Positions 17,608 to 27,251 of a DNA stretch of 64,000 bases are shown piece by piece (position 1 is the first letter of the stretch; each line of letters starts with the position of its first letter). The translations under genes were made by a program, and so were the position numbers. The DNA comes from Alphaproteobacteria bacterium (GTDB lineage: Bacteria; Pseudomonadota; Alphaproteobacteria; UBA8366), in contig JBFFGE010000002.1 of assembly GCA_041557595.1 (NCBI GenBank), positions 9,047 through 73,046 on the forward strand, given 5' to 3'. Below the pieces are notes generated by a model. It saw only the letters and a program-made list of their open reading frames with translations. It was not told where the DNA came from and did no database searches.

Positions 17608-19908
17608 CTACATCCCCTCGCCGCCCTCGCCGGCATCCTCGCCCGCACCGCGCCGTTCGCCTTCGGCACGCCGCGACGGTTGTTGCGCGGGCGCTGGCGG
17701 TGGCGGCCGATTGGGCGCCTGGTCGTCCTCCTGCATCCGGATGCGCGCGGGCGGCGCATCGCCATGGCTGTCGACGCCGAAATAGAGCGTCCGATGGGGG
17801 AAGGGAATTTCGATCCCTTCCTGATCGAAGCGGTTCTTGATGAGCCGGAGGTAGGCCCGCTGAACGCCGAACTGCTTGCCGGGCTGCACCCGGATCCGGG
17901 CGCGGATGACGACCGCCGAATCGCCCAGGCTTTGGACGCCCTGGATTTCTATGTCGGCAACGATAGTGGACGCATATTCCGGATCGGCGCGCATTTCCGT
18001 ACCCACCTCGCGCATCACGTCCATGCAGCGGTCGATACTTTCGCTGTAGCCGACGCCGATATCGAACCGGGCGAAGGAGAAGTCCTTGCTTTTGTTGGTG
18101 GTGGTGGTGACCGAACTGAACGGGATCCGGTGCACCTGACCCAGACCGTCGCGCAGCTGGATCGACCGGATCGACATCGCCTCGACTTTGCCGATATGCC
18201 CGGATAGCTCGACGAAATCGCCGACCGCAACCGAATCCTCAAGCAGAATGAAGAACCCGGTGATGAAGTCCTTGACGATGGTCTGCGCGCCGAAGCCAAT
18301 CGCCAGGCCGAGTATTCCGGCACCGGCAATCAGCGGCCCGATCTCGATCCCGAGTTCGGACAGCACCATCAGCGCGACCATGAGCGCCAGCACGATCAGT
18401 ACCAGGTTACGCAGCAAGGGCAGCAGCGTCTGGGCGCGCTGGCTGCGGCTGACTGTGTTGCCGTCCCGATCGGTCGCGGTGAGGTAGCGCTCGATACCGG
18501 CGCTGATCAGTTCCCAGATCACCAGTGCGAAGAAGATGATGGCGGCGATGGTAATGATGCGGCTCAGAATAAGGCTGCCGACCGGTCCGGAGAACCAGGT
18601 GAAGACATCGAGTCCCCAGACATCGAGCAAGGCCAGGGCCGCCGCGACATAAATCATGACCTTGATCGCTGTCTGCAGGACGGGCAGGTAACGGTTGGTG
18701 CGGGCCTCGAGTCCCGGAAAGCGGGTTTTCTGTTCGTCGGTCAGGGAAAAGGCGCGGCGAACAAGCGATCGTTCAAGCATTACCAACCCGCGGGCAACGC
18801 CCAGGATCACCAGGCTCAACAAGGTCGCACGCAGGACGAACTCGAATCCACCGGGAATCTCCAGCGCCCAGACACCGTAGATCGCCGCAATGAATACGAT
18901 GCCGACGAAATGCCAGATTTCAGCAATCCGCCGACGGATTACGGCCAGCGATCGACCGTCCTCTCCACGGATCGCCGATGCCACCTCCTGCCGGTTTTGC
19001 AACAGCAGCATGACCAACAGGAGGGTGATGACCAGACCCAGCAACTTCATCAGCGCGTTCTGTGCGGCGGCCGGCAATCCCAGCGGCAAGGCGGCCTGAA
19101 TGATGAAGTAGCCGTAGATCGTCCAATTGGTCAGGCGTCGAATCCAGACGAAACTGTAATTCGCGGTTTCGTCGCCGATCGGCAGCAGCCGCATCGTGCC
19201 GATACGGGGCGCCAACAGCATGCGGGCAACGGCAGCGATTGAGCGGCACAGCACGCTCGCATTGATCAAGGCGATTGCAACTACCTGACCTTCGCGACTT
19301 GGCGTGACGATCGCCATGGCGCCGTATGCCGCGGCGGCAAAGACGACCACCGCGACCAATTCCAGAATAGTGCGCAGGATGGCGAACACCAGATTGAGCC
19401 ACCAGCCATCCGCCGATTGGGACTCCAGCGAGGCGCGCGGCCGCCGCAACAGCCGGTTTGCGATCCATTCGCCGGCCAGCCCGGCGAACAGGATGGCGGC
19501 CAGTTTGGCGAGCATGGACAGCCATTTCTTGCGGATTTCCGGGTTTGTCGCGCTGCTTTGAATCCAATCGAACAAATTCGGCAAATCGATCAGCGCCGCC
19601 GCGATATTCGCGAGTTGCTGGCCGGTATTCTCCACCTTGTCCGACAGGGTTTCGAGCAATTGCGTGCCGATCGGCTGCGTCTGTCGTGCATCGGTCTTTT
19701 TCTGCGCGTCGACGAGCGTCTGCAGGTCCTGCAGGAACGCCTTGCGTTTCGCATCGTCCTTGAGCGTATCGACCAGCTGTTCGAGATCTGCCGTGGTGGG
19801 CGCGCCGGTGTCCGGTTTTGCATCGGCCGCCGCGGCCGGTGCCGCGAGGATGCCGAAGACGAGAACAAAGAAAGCCCGCTGAAGGAATGTGCACATTGTC
19901 GAATTCAT
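17608..19908 (-). CDS. mechanosensitive ion channel family protein (large MscK/DUF3772-like type)
   Basis: The 766-aa ORF has a signal peptide, a periplasmic coiled region, multiple TM segments and a C-terminal MscS core (GFGAQTIVKDFITGFFILLED). Confidence 0.85.
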   Translation of the reverse strand: MNSTMCTFLQRAFFVLVFGILAAPAAAADAKPDTGAPTTADLEQLVDTLKDDAKRKAFLQDLQTLVDAQKKTDARQTQPIGTQLLETLSDKVENTGQQLANIAAALIDLPNLFDWIQSSATNPEIRKKWLSMLAKLAAILFAGLAGEWIANRLLRRPRASLESQSADGWWLNLVFAILRTILELVAVVVFAAAAYGAMAIVTPSREGQVVAIALINASVLCRSIAAVARMLLAPRIGTMRLLPIGDETANYSFVWIRRLTNWTIYGYFIIQAALPLGLPAAAQNALMKLLGLVITLLLVMLLLQNRQEVASAIRGEDGRSLAVIRRRIAEIWHFVGIVFIAAIYGVWALEIPGGFEFVLRATLLSLVILGVARGLVMLERSLVRRAFSLTDEQKTRFPGLEARTNRYLPVLQTAIKVMIYVAAALALLDVWGLDVFTWFSGPVGSLILSRIITIAAIIFFALVIWELISAGIERYLTATDRDGNTVSRSQRAQTLLPLLRNLVLIVLALMVALMVLSELGIEIGPLIAGAGILGLAIGFGAQTIVKDFITGFFILLEDSVAVGDFVELSGHIGKVEAMSIRSIQLRDGLGQVHRIPFSSVTTTTNKSKDFSFARFDIGVGYSESIDRCMDVMREVGTEMRADPEYASTIVADIEIQGVQSLGDSAVVIRARIRVQPGKQFGVQRAYLRLIKNRFDQEGIEIPFPHRTLYFGVDSHGDAPPARIRMQEDDQAPNRPPPPAPAQQPSRRAEGERRGAGEDAGEGGEGM

Positions 19909-19955
19909 GTCGCCCTGGCCGGAAAGGGAGGGACTCTAGACTCGCCGTGGTGCGA

Positions 19956-20891
19956 TCACAATGGCGCCCAGCCAGCATCCTGATGGCCGAAATCGAATAC
20001 GGCGGGATGCAACATCTCCGCCAGGATTTCCAGCGATTCGGCGATCCTGGGGCCCGGGCGATTGAAGAAATGATGGCCATCGGCGATGCAGACCCGGCCG
20101 TCGCGGACCGCCCGCAAATCCGGCCATTCAGGCCTGTCGGTCAATGTCGGCATCTCGGCGCGGGCGCGCGCCATGCCGAAGCCGCAGGGCAAAATGACGA
20201 TGACCTCCGGGTCCGCGGCCACCACATCGTCCCATGACAGCCAGGGCGAATGTTTTCCCGCGTCGCCGAACAGGTTTCGGCCGCCCGCCATGGCGACCAG
20301 TTCGGGCATCCAGTTGCCGCCGGCCATCAAGGGATCGATCCATTCGATACACGCGACGCGGGGCCGGGCCGGCAGCGCCGACGCTTGCGCGGCGATCGCG
20401 GCCATACGTTCTGTGAGCTCTCGGACCAGATCGTCTCCGCGCCCGGACACGCCGAGCGCCGTCGCGACATTGCCGATATCGCGCCAGATATCGTCCAGCG
20501 ATTCCGGGTTCAGGCTGACGATACGGGGCGCGCCTTCGAGCCAGTCCGCAAGGGCGCCGCGCAATTCGATTTCGCTGACGGCGCAGACCTCGCACTGCGA
20601 TTGCGTCACGATGAAATCCGGCCGCAGCGATTTCAGGCGCTCGCTGTCGACCCGGTAAACCGACAGGCCCTGTTCGACGACCGATTTTATGCGCCGGTCG
20701 ATTTCCGCGGAATCGCCGGTCAGGGCGATCTTCGGCTGGGTGCAATGCGGCAGGCGGTCTACGCCGGCCGGGAAATCGCATTCGTGGCTGCGCGCAACCA
20801 GGGCGTCCTGAAAGCCCAGCGCGGCAACGATCTCGGTCGCACTCGGCAGGAGGCTCGCGATTCGGACCATGATTCGCCCGCCTTTGGCCAA
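19956..20891 (-). CDS. cluster A-type (BtuF/FhuD-like, cobalamin-binding-like) binding protein without an obvious signal peptide
   Basis: The sequence RIASLLPSATEIVAALG...DFIVTQ...PEVIVILPCG is typical of TroA-fold Fe/B12 binding proteins. The alternative start is the ATG at 20870. Confidence 0.7.
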   Translation of the reverse strand: MAKGGRIMVRIASLLPSATEIVAALGFQDALVARSHECDFPAGVDRLPHCTQPKIALTGDSAEIDRRIKSVVEQGLSVYRVDSERLKSLRPDFIVTQSQCEVCAVSEIELRGALADWLEGAPRIVSLNPESLDDIWRDIGNVATALGVSGRGDDLVRELTERMAAIAAQASALPARPRVACIEWIDPLMAGGNWMPELVAMAGGRNLFGDAGKHSPWLSWDDVVAADPEVIVILPCGFGMARARAEMPTLTDRPEWPDLRAVRDGRVCIADGHHFFNRPGPRIAESLEILAEMLHPAVFDFGHQDAGWAPL

Positions 20892-20899
20892 ACGACCGG

Positions 20900-23035
20900 T
20901 TATGTTTCCGCAGTATGTACCGCCTGTGTCCGTCGCCGCAGCCGCAAGCCGCCCAGCAGAATCGCCACGAGTCCGACCAGGATGGGAACCAAGGCGATAT
21001 TGGCGAAGCGGATGCCGCTCTCCAGGGATTCGATGTCTTCCCGCAACGCCAATTGAACCTTTCGCAATTGCTTGCGGGTGGTCAGAATCTCCTGCGTGAT
21101 CTCGGTGGCGGTGGTTTCGACCGCCTGGGTCACCGCCGCCTCCGACGTGCCATCCGCCTTTTTCTTGCTGAGCTCGGCGAGGCGTTTTTCCGCTTCCGTC
21201 AATTTATTCCGCAACTGTTGTTCTTCGTTCCGGAACCGGGTGTCCGCGGCGAGCCGCAACTCGGCGATCTTGGTGAAGGGCCGCCGCGCGGTGCCGCGGC
21301 TCCGCAGGCTGATCAGGTCGTCGCCGCCGGCGAGATTTTCCACCGCGTTGACGACGAAGGCGGCGTTGTTCGCGAAGGGGACCTGAACCTGTTGCCCGAA
21401 GAAGTCCTGCTTGCGGACCCAGAACCGATCTTCCAGCAGATCGGCGTCGGCGACCAGAATGACATTCATCGGCCGGGTCGATTCCGCGATGTGCGGCGGC
21501 GCTTTCGATTCCTCTTTTTTCCCTTCGGCTTTTTCGTCGTCCTTGTCGCCGCCGCCACTTGCCGGCGCGGGCCCGTCCGGCGCTTGCGCCGGCGAATCGG
21601 AGGTTTTCTTGGCCGGCGCCTTGGCGCCGTCGGAGGCCGGCAACGTCCGCTCGGCCTCGTCGGCCTTAACCTCGGGTTTGGGCTCGTCCTTGGCCGGCGC
21701 TTTCTCCGATTTCGATTTGCCGTCGGGTTTCTCTTCCACTTCCAACTTTTCCTTGGGCGGACCGTCCGGGAAGAGGCTCTTCACGCGGCCGCGAAGCCGG
21801 GCGGCGACGGTGAACGATTCGCCGGATGGCTTGAACTGTTCCTGCATCTTCAGGATTTCCGGGCGTGGGCCGTTGAGCAGCTTGATGTCGATTGCCTGGC
21901 TTAGCTTGCTGGTCTTGATCAGCGGCTCGAGGGTAACCGGGCCGTCCGGTTTGCTCTTGATGATGCCGGCGCTTTGGATGTGCATCACGTTGATATCCGA
22001 CGTGACCGCGTCTTTCGTCGAGAAGGCTTCCTTCTGCATCTTCATCCAGGACAGGAATCGGGCGGGAACGACCTGCTGTTCGCTGCCCGCGTTCACCAAT
22101 TGGGCGAATTGCATGTCGCCGGCGATCTTGTCGTTGGCGATCTCGACACCCCAATGGTCGAGCAATTTCTTCATATCCGATGTGATCCGCTCGGGCATCG
22201 GGCCGCGTTGCCGGCCTGCGGCGGTCTCGTTGAACGGGTCGATGAAGATCAGTGCCTTGCCGCCGTTCAGCAGGTACTGGTCGAGGTGATAGTATTCCTG
22301 GTCGTCCAGTTCGCCCGGATGAACGATCATCAGGACGTCCGGCTTGATGTCCCAGATATCCTCGAACGAGAAAATTTGTTTGACGTCGAACGCGCCGCGC
22401 AACTGTTCGACCAGGGCCGACGGCGTCATCGGAAGGCCGCGCATCTGCAGCCGGAAATCGCCGAAGATCGGACGTGAACTTTGTACCGCGAGGACGGTCT
22501 TGCGATCTGCTCCCAGCTTGTTGATGGTGCTGGCAAGATCGTATTCCAAAAAGCGTTCGCGTTCGATTTGCAGGAAGGCAATCGCGTCGTTCTTGTCACC
22601 GCTCGCCGCCGTCAGGCCGAAATAGGCTTTCGCGCCGGTCTGGTCGAGAGGAATTCCCTGAAGGCCAAGCTCTACCGCCTTGTCTTCCTCTTCCGAAAAC
22701 GGTTTGGGATCCTTGAAGGAAACCGTCAAAGAGCCGCCGCTGGTCGACGCGAACACCCGCAGCATGTCCTTCACGCGGGTTGCGTAGTTGCCGTATATCG
22801 GCGAGGCGGTGCCGAGGCTGGCCGAATAATACAAGGTCAGCGTAATCGGCTTGTTCAGGTTTTTGAGAATGTTCTCCGTCCCGGGAGACAAGGTGTACAC
22901 ACGATCTTCCGTAAGATCGGCGCGCATCCCGGCGACATTGCCAACGGCCAGGTTGACGAGAAAGAACGCGATGACGGCGGCCAACGCCAAGATCAGCCAG
23001 CCTCCGGTTTTCTCGAGAATTCGGCGGATCATCAT
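20900..23035 (-). CDS. GldG-like ABC transporter auxiliary component
   Basis: The 711-aa ORF has N- and C-terminal TM anchors, a GldG-type domain and an acidic/Lys-rich insert. It lies directly downstream of the ABC-2 permease and ATPase. Confidence 0.75.
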   Translation of the reverse strand: MMIRRILEKTGGWLILALAAVIAFFLVNLAVGNVAGMRADLTEDRVYTLSPGTENILKNLNKPITLTLYYSASLGTASPIYGNYATRVKDMLRVFASTSGGSLTVSFKDPKPFSEEEDKAVELGLQGIPLDQTGAKAYFGLTAASGDKNDAIAFLQIERERFLEYDLASTINKLGADRKTVLAVQSSRPIFGDFRLQMRGLPMTPSALVEQLRGAFDVKQIFSFEDIWDIKPDVLMIVHPGELDDQEYYHLDQYLLNGGKALIFIDPFNETAAGRQRGPMPERITSDMKKLLDHWGVEIANDKIAGDMQFAQLVNAGSEQQVVPARFLSWMKMQKEAFSTKDAVTSDINVMHIQSAGIIKSKPDGPVTLEPLIKTSKLSQAIDIKLLNGPRPEILKMQEQFKPSGESFTVAARLRGRVKSLFPDGPPKEKLEVEEKPDGKSKSEKAPAKDEPKPEVKADEAERTLPASDGAKAPAKKTSDSPAQAPDGPAPASGGGDKDDEKAEGKKEESKAPPHIAESTRPMNVILVADADLLEDRFWVRKQDFFGQQVQVPFANNAAFVVNAVENLAGGDDLISLRSRGTARRPFTKIAELRLAADTRFRNEEQQLRNKLTEAEKRLAELSKKKADGTSEAAVTQAVETTATEITQEILTTRKQLRKVQLALREDIESLESGIRFANIALVPILVGLVAILLGGLRLRRRTQAVHTAET

Positions 23036-23044
23036 ATGAAGTCC

Positions 23045-23779
23045 TCAAGATGCCTTTAGTCTGTCGATGGCGATTAGGTTGAGGCACAGGAACAGCACGA
23101 TCATCGATCCGAAATAAACGATGTCGCGCAGATCCACCACGCCCTTGGAAATGTCGTTGAAATGAATCATGACGCTCAAGCGGCGCATCAATTCGATCAG
23201 TTCGATGCCGGCCCAGTTTTCCATGAAGCCGATCACGATATTCGATCCCAACGCCACGAAAAAGAAACACAGGGTCGCCGACAGAACGAAGGCGATTACC
23301 TGGTTTTTCGTGAGCGCCGAAACGAAGGACCCGATGGCGAGGAACCCGCCCGCCATCAACAGGCTGCCGATATAGCCGGCGAATATCGCGCCGTTGTCCG
23401 GGTTGCCGAGGTAGTTGACGGTAATCCAGATCGGGAAGGTGAGGGCCAGCGCGATCCCGGTGAAACACCAGGCGGCGAGATATTTGCCCAGCACGGCGTC
23501 GAGTTGCGAAATCGGCAGCGTCATCGACAGCTCGATGGTGCCCGTGCGCCGCTCCTCCGCCCATAACCGCATGGACAGGGCGGGAATGAGAAACAGGTAG
23601 AGCCAGGGGTGGAATGTAAAGAAGGCGGTGAGGTCCGCTTGATCCCGGCCGAAGAAGTTGCCGACATAGAATGTCAGGACGCCGTTCAGGGCGAGAAAGA
23701 TGACGATGAAGACGTAGGCCACCGGTGTGGCGAAATAGCTCGCCATTTCGCGGCGGAAGATGGTGATGATATTGCGCAT
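23045..23779 (-). CDS. ABC-2 type transporter permease (GldF-like)
   Basis: The 244-aa ORF has six predicted TM segments. The N-terminus MRNIITIFRREMASYFATPVAY is typical of ABC-2 permeases. Confidence 0.8.
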   Translation of the reverse strand: MRNIITIFRREMASYFATPVAYVFIVIFLALNGVLTFYVGNFFGRDQADLTAFFTFHPWLYLFLIPALSMRLWAEERRTGTIELSMTLPISQLDAVLGKYLAAWCFTGIALALTFPIWITVNYLGNPDNGAIFAGYIGSLLMAGGFLAIGSFVSALTKNQVIAFVLSATLCFFFVALGSNIVIGFMENWAGIELIELMRRLSVMIHFNDISKGVVDLRDIVYFGSMIVLFLCLNLIAIDRLKAS

Positions 23780-23787
23780 GGGTCCGG

Positions 23788-24702
23788 TCAGGCTGTTGTA
23801 ATTTGACGGAAGACTTCGTCCAATCGGCCATGTTCGACCGATATCTCGTCGATTTGCACCGCGTGGTCGCGCAGGGCGCCGGTGACCTCGTCCAAGATCA
23901 TCCGGCCGTCCTTCGATTCCAGGAAAAGGCGATTGCCGTTTTCCTGGGTCACCGATGCGACGCCGCCGAGCCGCTCCACGACGGGGCGGACGTCGTCCGG
24001 ATTCTTGGTGGAAAGCAAGACGCCATTATGGCGCGGCGAACGGGCGACCAGATTGGCCGGCGTATCGTCGGCGACGATACGTCCATGGGCGATAATGACG
24101 GCGCGGCTGCACACGGCCTCGACCTCTTCCAGGATATGGGTCGAGATGATGATGGCTTTCTCGCCGGCCATGCCCTGGATCAGCATCCGTACTTCGTGTT
24201 TCTGATTGGGATCGAGACCATCCGTCGGTTCGTCGAGGATCAGTACCTCCGGATCGTGCAGCAGGGCCTGCGCCAGCCCGAGGCGGCGTTTGAAACCCTT
24301 ACTGAGCGTGTCGATCGGCTGATCCAGCACGCCCGACAGCTGCGTTCGATCCACGGCGGCGGCCGTCCGGTTCTGCGCCTCCGTGCCGTTGAAGCCCCGA
24401 ATTCTGGCGATAAAGGCCAGAAATCCCCTGGGCGTCATGTCGGGCCACATCGGCGCTCCTTCCGGCAGGTAGCCGACCCGTTTCTTGACGTCGAGCGGGT
24501 GCGTGCGGACATCGAATCCCGCGACCCGGGCGGTGCCGCCGCTCGGCGGGAGAAAGCCGGTGATCATTTTCATCGTGGTGGATTTTCCGGCGCCGTTCGG
24601 CCCCAAAAATCCGAGGACTTCGCCTTTGCCGACGGTGAGGCTGATATCGTCTACGGCGGTGATCGGGCCGAACGTCTTTTTCAGATGGTCGATCTCAATC
24701 AT
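23788..24702 (-). CDS. ABC transporter ATP-binding protein (GldA-like)
   Basis: Walker A (GPNGAGKST), the LSKGFKRR signature and Walker B (ILDEPT) are all present. Confidence 0.88.
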   Translation of the reverse strand: MIEIDHLKKTFGPITAVDDISLTVGKGEVLGFLGPNGAGKSTTMKMITGFLPPSGGTARVAGFDVRTHPLDVKKRVGYLPEGAPMWPDMTPRGFLAFIARIRGFNGTEAQNRTAAAVDRTQLSGVLDQPIDTLSKGFKRRLGLAQALLHDPEVLILDEPTDGLDPNQKHEVRMLIQGMAGEKAIIISTHILEEVEAVCSRAVIIAHGRIVADDTPANLVARSPRHNGVLLSTKNPDDVRPVVERLGGVASVTQENGNRLFLESKDGRMILDEVTGALRDHAVQIDEISVEHGRLDEVFRQITTA

Positions 24703-25178
24703 GCGTCATGAATCCTGCTTCGATTGTCTGCGCGGCATTGCGGCCGCAAATCTCCGATACGCATCATTCCCGATTTAGGAAAGTGCCGGGATGGCGCAAG
24801 GGGGCATAGCGGATTTTCGACGAACCGCAAACCCCTGTCGGCGCCGTTTCCCCGCTTCGCCCGGCCAAGCGCCCCGGCAATCTGCCCTGGTCGCGGCAAT
24901 ATCGGCGTCGTTCTCGATCGTCAGCGCGCGCCCCACATCGTTGCGCAGCGGCAACGCTGCGCCGTCGATTGCGGTGACGTCGAATTGATGCGCTGACATC
25001 GCGGTGGCTCTCTCGTAGTGATGCGGGGAACGGTCTTCGGCGGCGGAACCGGGTGGGTGCGACGAACCGGGAACGCCGGCGGATGCGGCGTTGAATCGGC
25101 GCGGGGCGGACGATAGCATGCGGCCGAGCATCTGGCGCGGTATGTCGCTGCGCGGGACGGATACAGGAGGAAGGCCGC

Positions 25179-26276
25179 ATGGCGGTATCGAGGGTCGGAA
25201 TCGTGGGTGCAGGCACGATGGGGTCCGGCATTGCGACCAATATCGCGCAGCATGGATTTCCGGTGCGTCTGGTCGACACCGGCCAGGAGATGATCGACGG
25301 GGCGATCGCGAAGGCACGGGCGTTTTTCGCCAAGCAGAAGGAGCGCGGCCGGATGACCGCCGACGAGGTGGCGGTTGCCGCCGATGCCTTGTCGGGCGGC
25401 ACGGAGCTGGCGGCGCTCGCCGATTGCGATCTTGTGATCGAGGCGGTGTTCGAACGGATCGACATCAAGGCGGAGCTCTACGAAAAGCTCAACGGCATAC
25501 TGCCCGGCGAATCGATTCTTGCCACCAACACGAGTTGTCTCCGGGTCGGCGCGCTGAGCGAACCGGTCGATCGGCCGGAACGCTTTCTCGGCATGCACTA
25601 TTTCAACCCGCCGGCGATCAATCCGATCGTCGAGGTGGTGCGCGGCGAGGCGACGGCGCCCGCCACGGTCGAGGCGGCGTTGGCGTTTTGCGCCGCCACG
25701 GGCAAAAAATCGGTCAGCTGCCGCGACAGCAGCGGGTTCGCGCTGAACCGGTTTTTCTGTCCGTATGTAAACGAGGCCGTCCGGATCTTCGATGACGGGA
25801 TGGGGACGCCGTTCGAGATCGATCGGGTGGCCAGCGATGTATTCGGCGCGGCGGCCGGTCCGTTTGTCGTCATCAACTTGGTGGGATCGCAGGTGTTGCT
25901 GCATTCGCAGGATAATTTGCGCCAGCTTGGCGACTTCTATACGCCGGCGCCGTCGGTCGAGCGGGTCGGCCGGGAGCAGGGGCGCTGGGAAATCGGCGAT
26001 CCGTCACCGCCGGACGAGGTCCGGGATGCGGCGATCGCGGAACGGCTGATGGGCGCCACCTTCTTGCCCGTCCTGCAGGAACTGGACGAGGATGTGGCGT
26101 CGCCGGGCGATATCGACATGGGGGCGAAACTTGCGTTGAAATTCGGGAAGCCGCCCTGCGCGGTGATGGATACGCTCGGCGCCGGGGAAGTGGCGCGGTT
26201 GATCGAGGCGCCGTGCCGGCGCTATGGCGTGACGCCGCCGAAGAGTTTGAAACGGGTCGGCCGGTTGGCGGCGTAG
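25179..26276 (+). CDS. 3-hydroxyacyl-CoA dehydrogenase family protein
   Basis: The N-terminus has the Rossmann motif VGIVGAGTMGSGIA and the HFFNP-like motif (MHYFNPP). An AGGAGG RBS lies upstream. Confidence 0.88.
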   Translation: MAVSRVGIVGAGTMGSGIATNIAQHGFPVRLVDTGQEMIDGAIAKARAFFAKQKERGRMTADEVAVAADALSGGTELAALADCDLVIEAVFERIDIKAELYEKLNGILPGESILATNTSCLRVGALSEPVDRPERFLGMHYFNPPAINPIVEVVRGEATAPATVEAALAFCAATGKKSVSCRDSSGFALNRFFCPYVNEAVRIFDDGMGTPFEIDRVASDVFGAAAGPFVVINLVGSQVLLHSQDNLRQLGDFYTPAPSVERVGREQGRWEIGDPSPPDEVRDAAIAERLMGATFLPVLQELDEDVASPGDIDMGAKLALKFGKPPCAVMDTLGAGEVARLIEAPCRRYGVTPPKSLKRVGRLAA

Positions 26277-26318
26277 AGCAGCTTATGTGCTCCCATTTGG
26301 GCGCACATAAGCTGCTCT
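26275..26318 (+). terminator. perfect 16-bp stem-loop starting inside the TAG stop codon, followed by a T-rich tract
   Basis: AGAGCAGCTTATGTGC (26275-26290) is the exact reverse complement of GCACATAAGCTGCTCT (26303-26318). The loop is tcccatttgggc and the downstream sequence is ATCTTTAT. Confidence 0.65.
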
Positions 26319-26383
26319 ATCTTTATAGAATCGATCAATTTTTTTGCCTTTAATCGATTCCAATTAATTGCAGGTTGATCTAG
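26318..26383 (+). repeat. intergenic repeat family 2, copy D1 (about 65 nt, A/T-rich)
   Basis: This copy is near-identical to 54977-55041 in the same orientation. It has internal inverted arms GAATCGAT/ATCGATTC and GATCAA/TTGATC and ends in GATCTAG. Confidence 0.8.
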
Positions 26384-26469
26384 CGGTAGTGATATGCTGG
26401 CGAAGGCCGGGTGGATGAAAGTCCGTCTTGAGTCTCGCGCAGTGTCGGAAATCTGGTGGAGAGAATGCC

Positions 26470-27111
26470 GTGAGGAAGTGGTGCTTCCGTCGCCGAAAGA
26501 CGGACTCGATTGGGCGAATACCGCAGGGCCTCCGCCGGCCGGTGGGGCTGTCGGCGCTGGTCTGTCTTGGCGTGCTCGCTGTGTTTGCTGCGGGGCCGAT
26601 GGTCCAGGCGGCGGACGAAATCCGGGGCAATGCCAAGGTTACGTCCGGCAACGAACTCGTTGTCGGCAAACGGACGGTCCGTCTCTTCGGTATTGAGGCG
26701 CCGGCACTCGAAGCGAATTGCGAGAACAAGCAGGCGGAATTTCGTTGCGGTGTCGTCGCCTGGGCCGAATTGATCAAATTGTCAGATGGGCAATTCGTCT
26801 CGTGCGATCTCGAGCCGGCGGCGTCGCGGAAAGAAGCGGCTGCGGAAAAAACCGCCGATAGTGACAAGTCGGCGACGCCGGAAAATCCGGAACTCGTGAT
26901 CGAACTGCCGCCGAACACCGTGTTCGCCACCTGCTATCTCGGCGAAACGGATTTGAACGAGGCAATGGTGCGATCGGGTTGGGCGAAAGCCGTGCCGGGA
27001 CACACCGACCGGTATGTGGTCGACGAAAACGACGCCCGCGAGTCGCAACGCGGACTCTGGGCGGCGCCCACAAAAAAATCGGGCAAGAACCGGCGAAAAA
27101 AGGGGCGATAG
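26470..27111 (+). CDS. thermonuclease (SNase-like) family protein with signal peptide and low-complexity insert
   Basis: The motifs RLFGIEAPAL...C..., DLNEAMVRSGWA and ARESQRGLWA match staphylococcal-nuclease homologues. I chose the GTG at 26470, which follows a GGAGAG RBS; the ORF opens at 26428. Confidence 0.7.
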   Translation: MRKWCFRRRKTDSIGRIPQGLRRPVGLSALVCLGVLAVFAAGPMVQAADEIRGNAKVTSGNELVVGKRTVRLFGIEAPALEANCENKQAEFRCGVVAWAELIKLSDGQFVSCDLEPAASRKEAAAEKTADSDKSATPENPELVIELPPNTVFATCYLGETDLNEAMVRSGWAKAVPGHTDRYVVDENDARESQRGLWAAPTKKSGKNRRKKGR

Positions 27112-27174
27112 CCGCGCAATTCAGGGGGGTGCGGGCCGATCGAGAGAATCGTCCTGTGGCGATGGGGTAAAGTT

Positions 27175-27251
27175 TGGCGCGCCCGGGAGGACTCGAACCC
27201 CCAACCTCCTGATCCGTAGTCAGGCACTCTATCCAATTGAGCTACGGGCGC
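27175..27251 (-). tRNA. tRNA-Arg (anticodon ACG), CCA encoded
   Basis: The cloverleaf was folded by hand from GCGCCCGTAGCTCAATTGGATAGAGTGCCTGACTACGGATCAGGAGGTTGGGGGTTCGAGTCCTCCCGGGCGCGCCA. It has a 7-bp acceptor stem, a TTCGAGT T-loop and the anticodon loop CTACGGA. Confidence 0.93.

Noticed and set aside
24775-24999. A 74-codon minus-strand ORF lies in the 476-bp divergent gap between the ABC ATPase gene and the 3-hydroxyacyl-CoA dehydrogenase gene. Its first 25 or so residues (MSAHQFDVTAIDGAALPLRNDVGRAL) are reminiscent of glutathione peroxidase N-termini, raising the possibility of a GPx gene remnant.
   Set aside because: The similarity is short and from memory only. The catalytic NxASxCG(F/Y)T motif is absent in every frame. 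The rest of the ORF has shadow-frame composition (Arg/Ala/Pro/Gly). This is not enough to call a gene or pseudogene, although a tblastn against GPx would settle it.
26277-27174. I considered a genomic island integrated at the 3' end of tRNA-Arg(ACG), given that the SNase-like nuclease and repeat D1 lie just downstream of the tRNA.
   Set aside because: There is no integrase gene. I could find no direct repeat of the tRNA 3' segment in the neighbourhood. The region contains only one gene.
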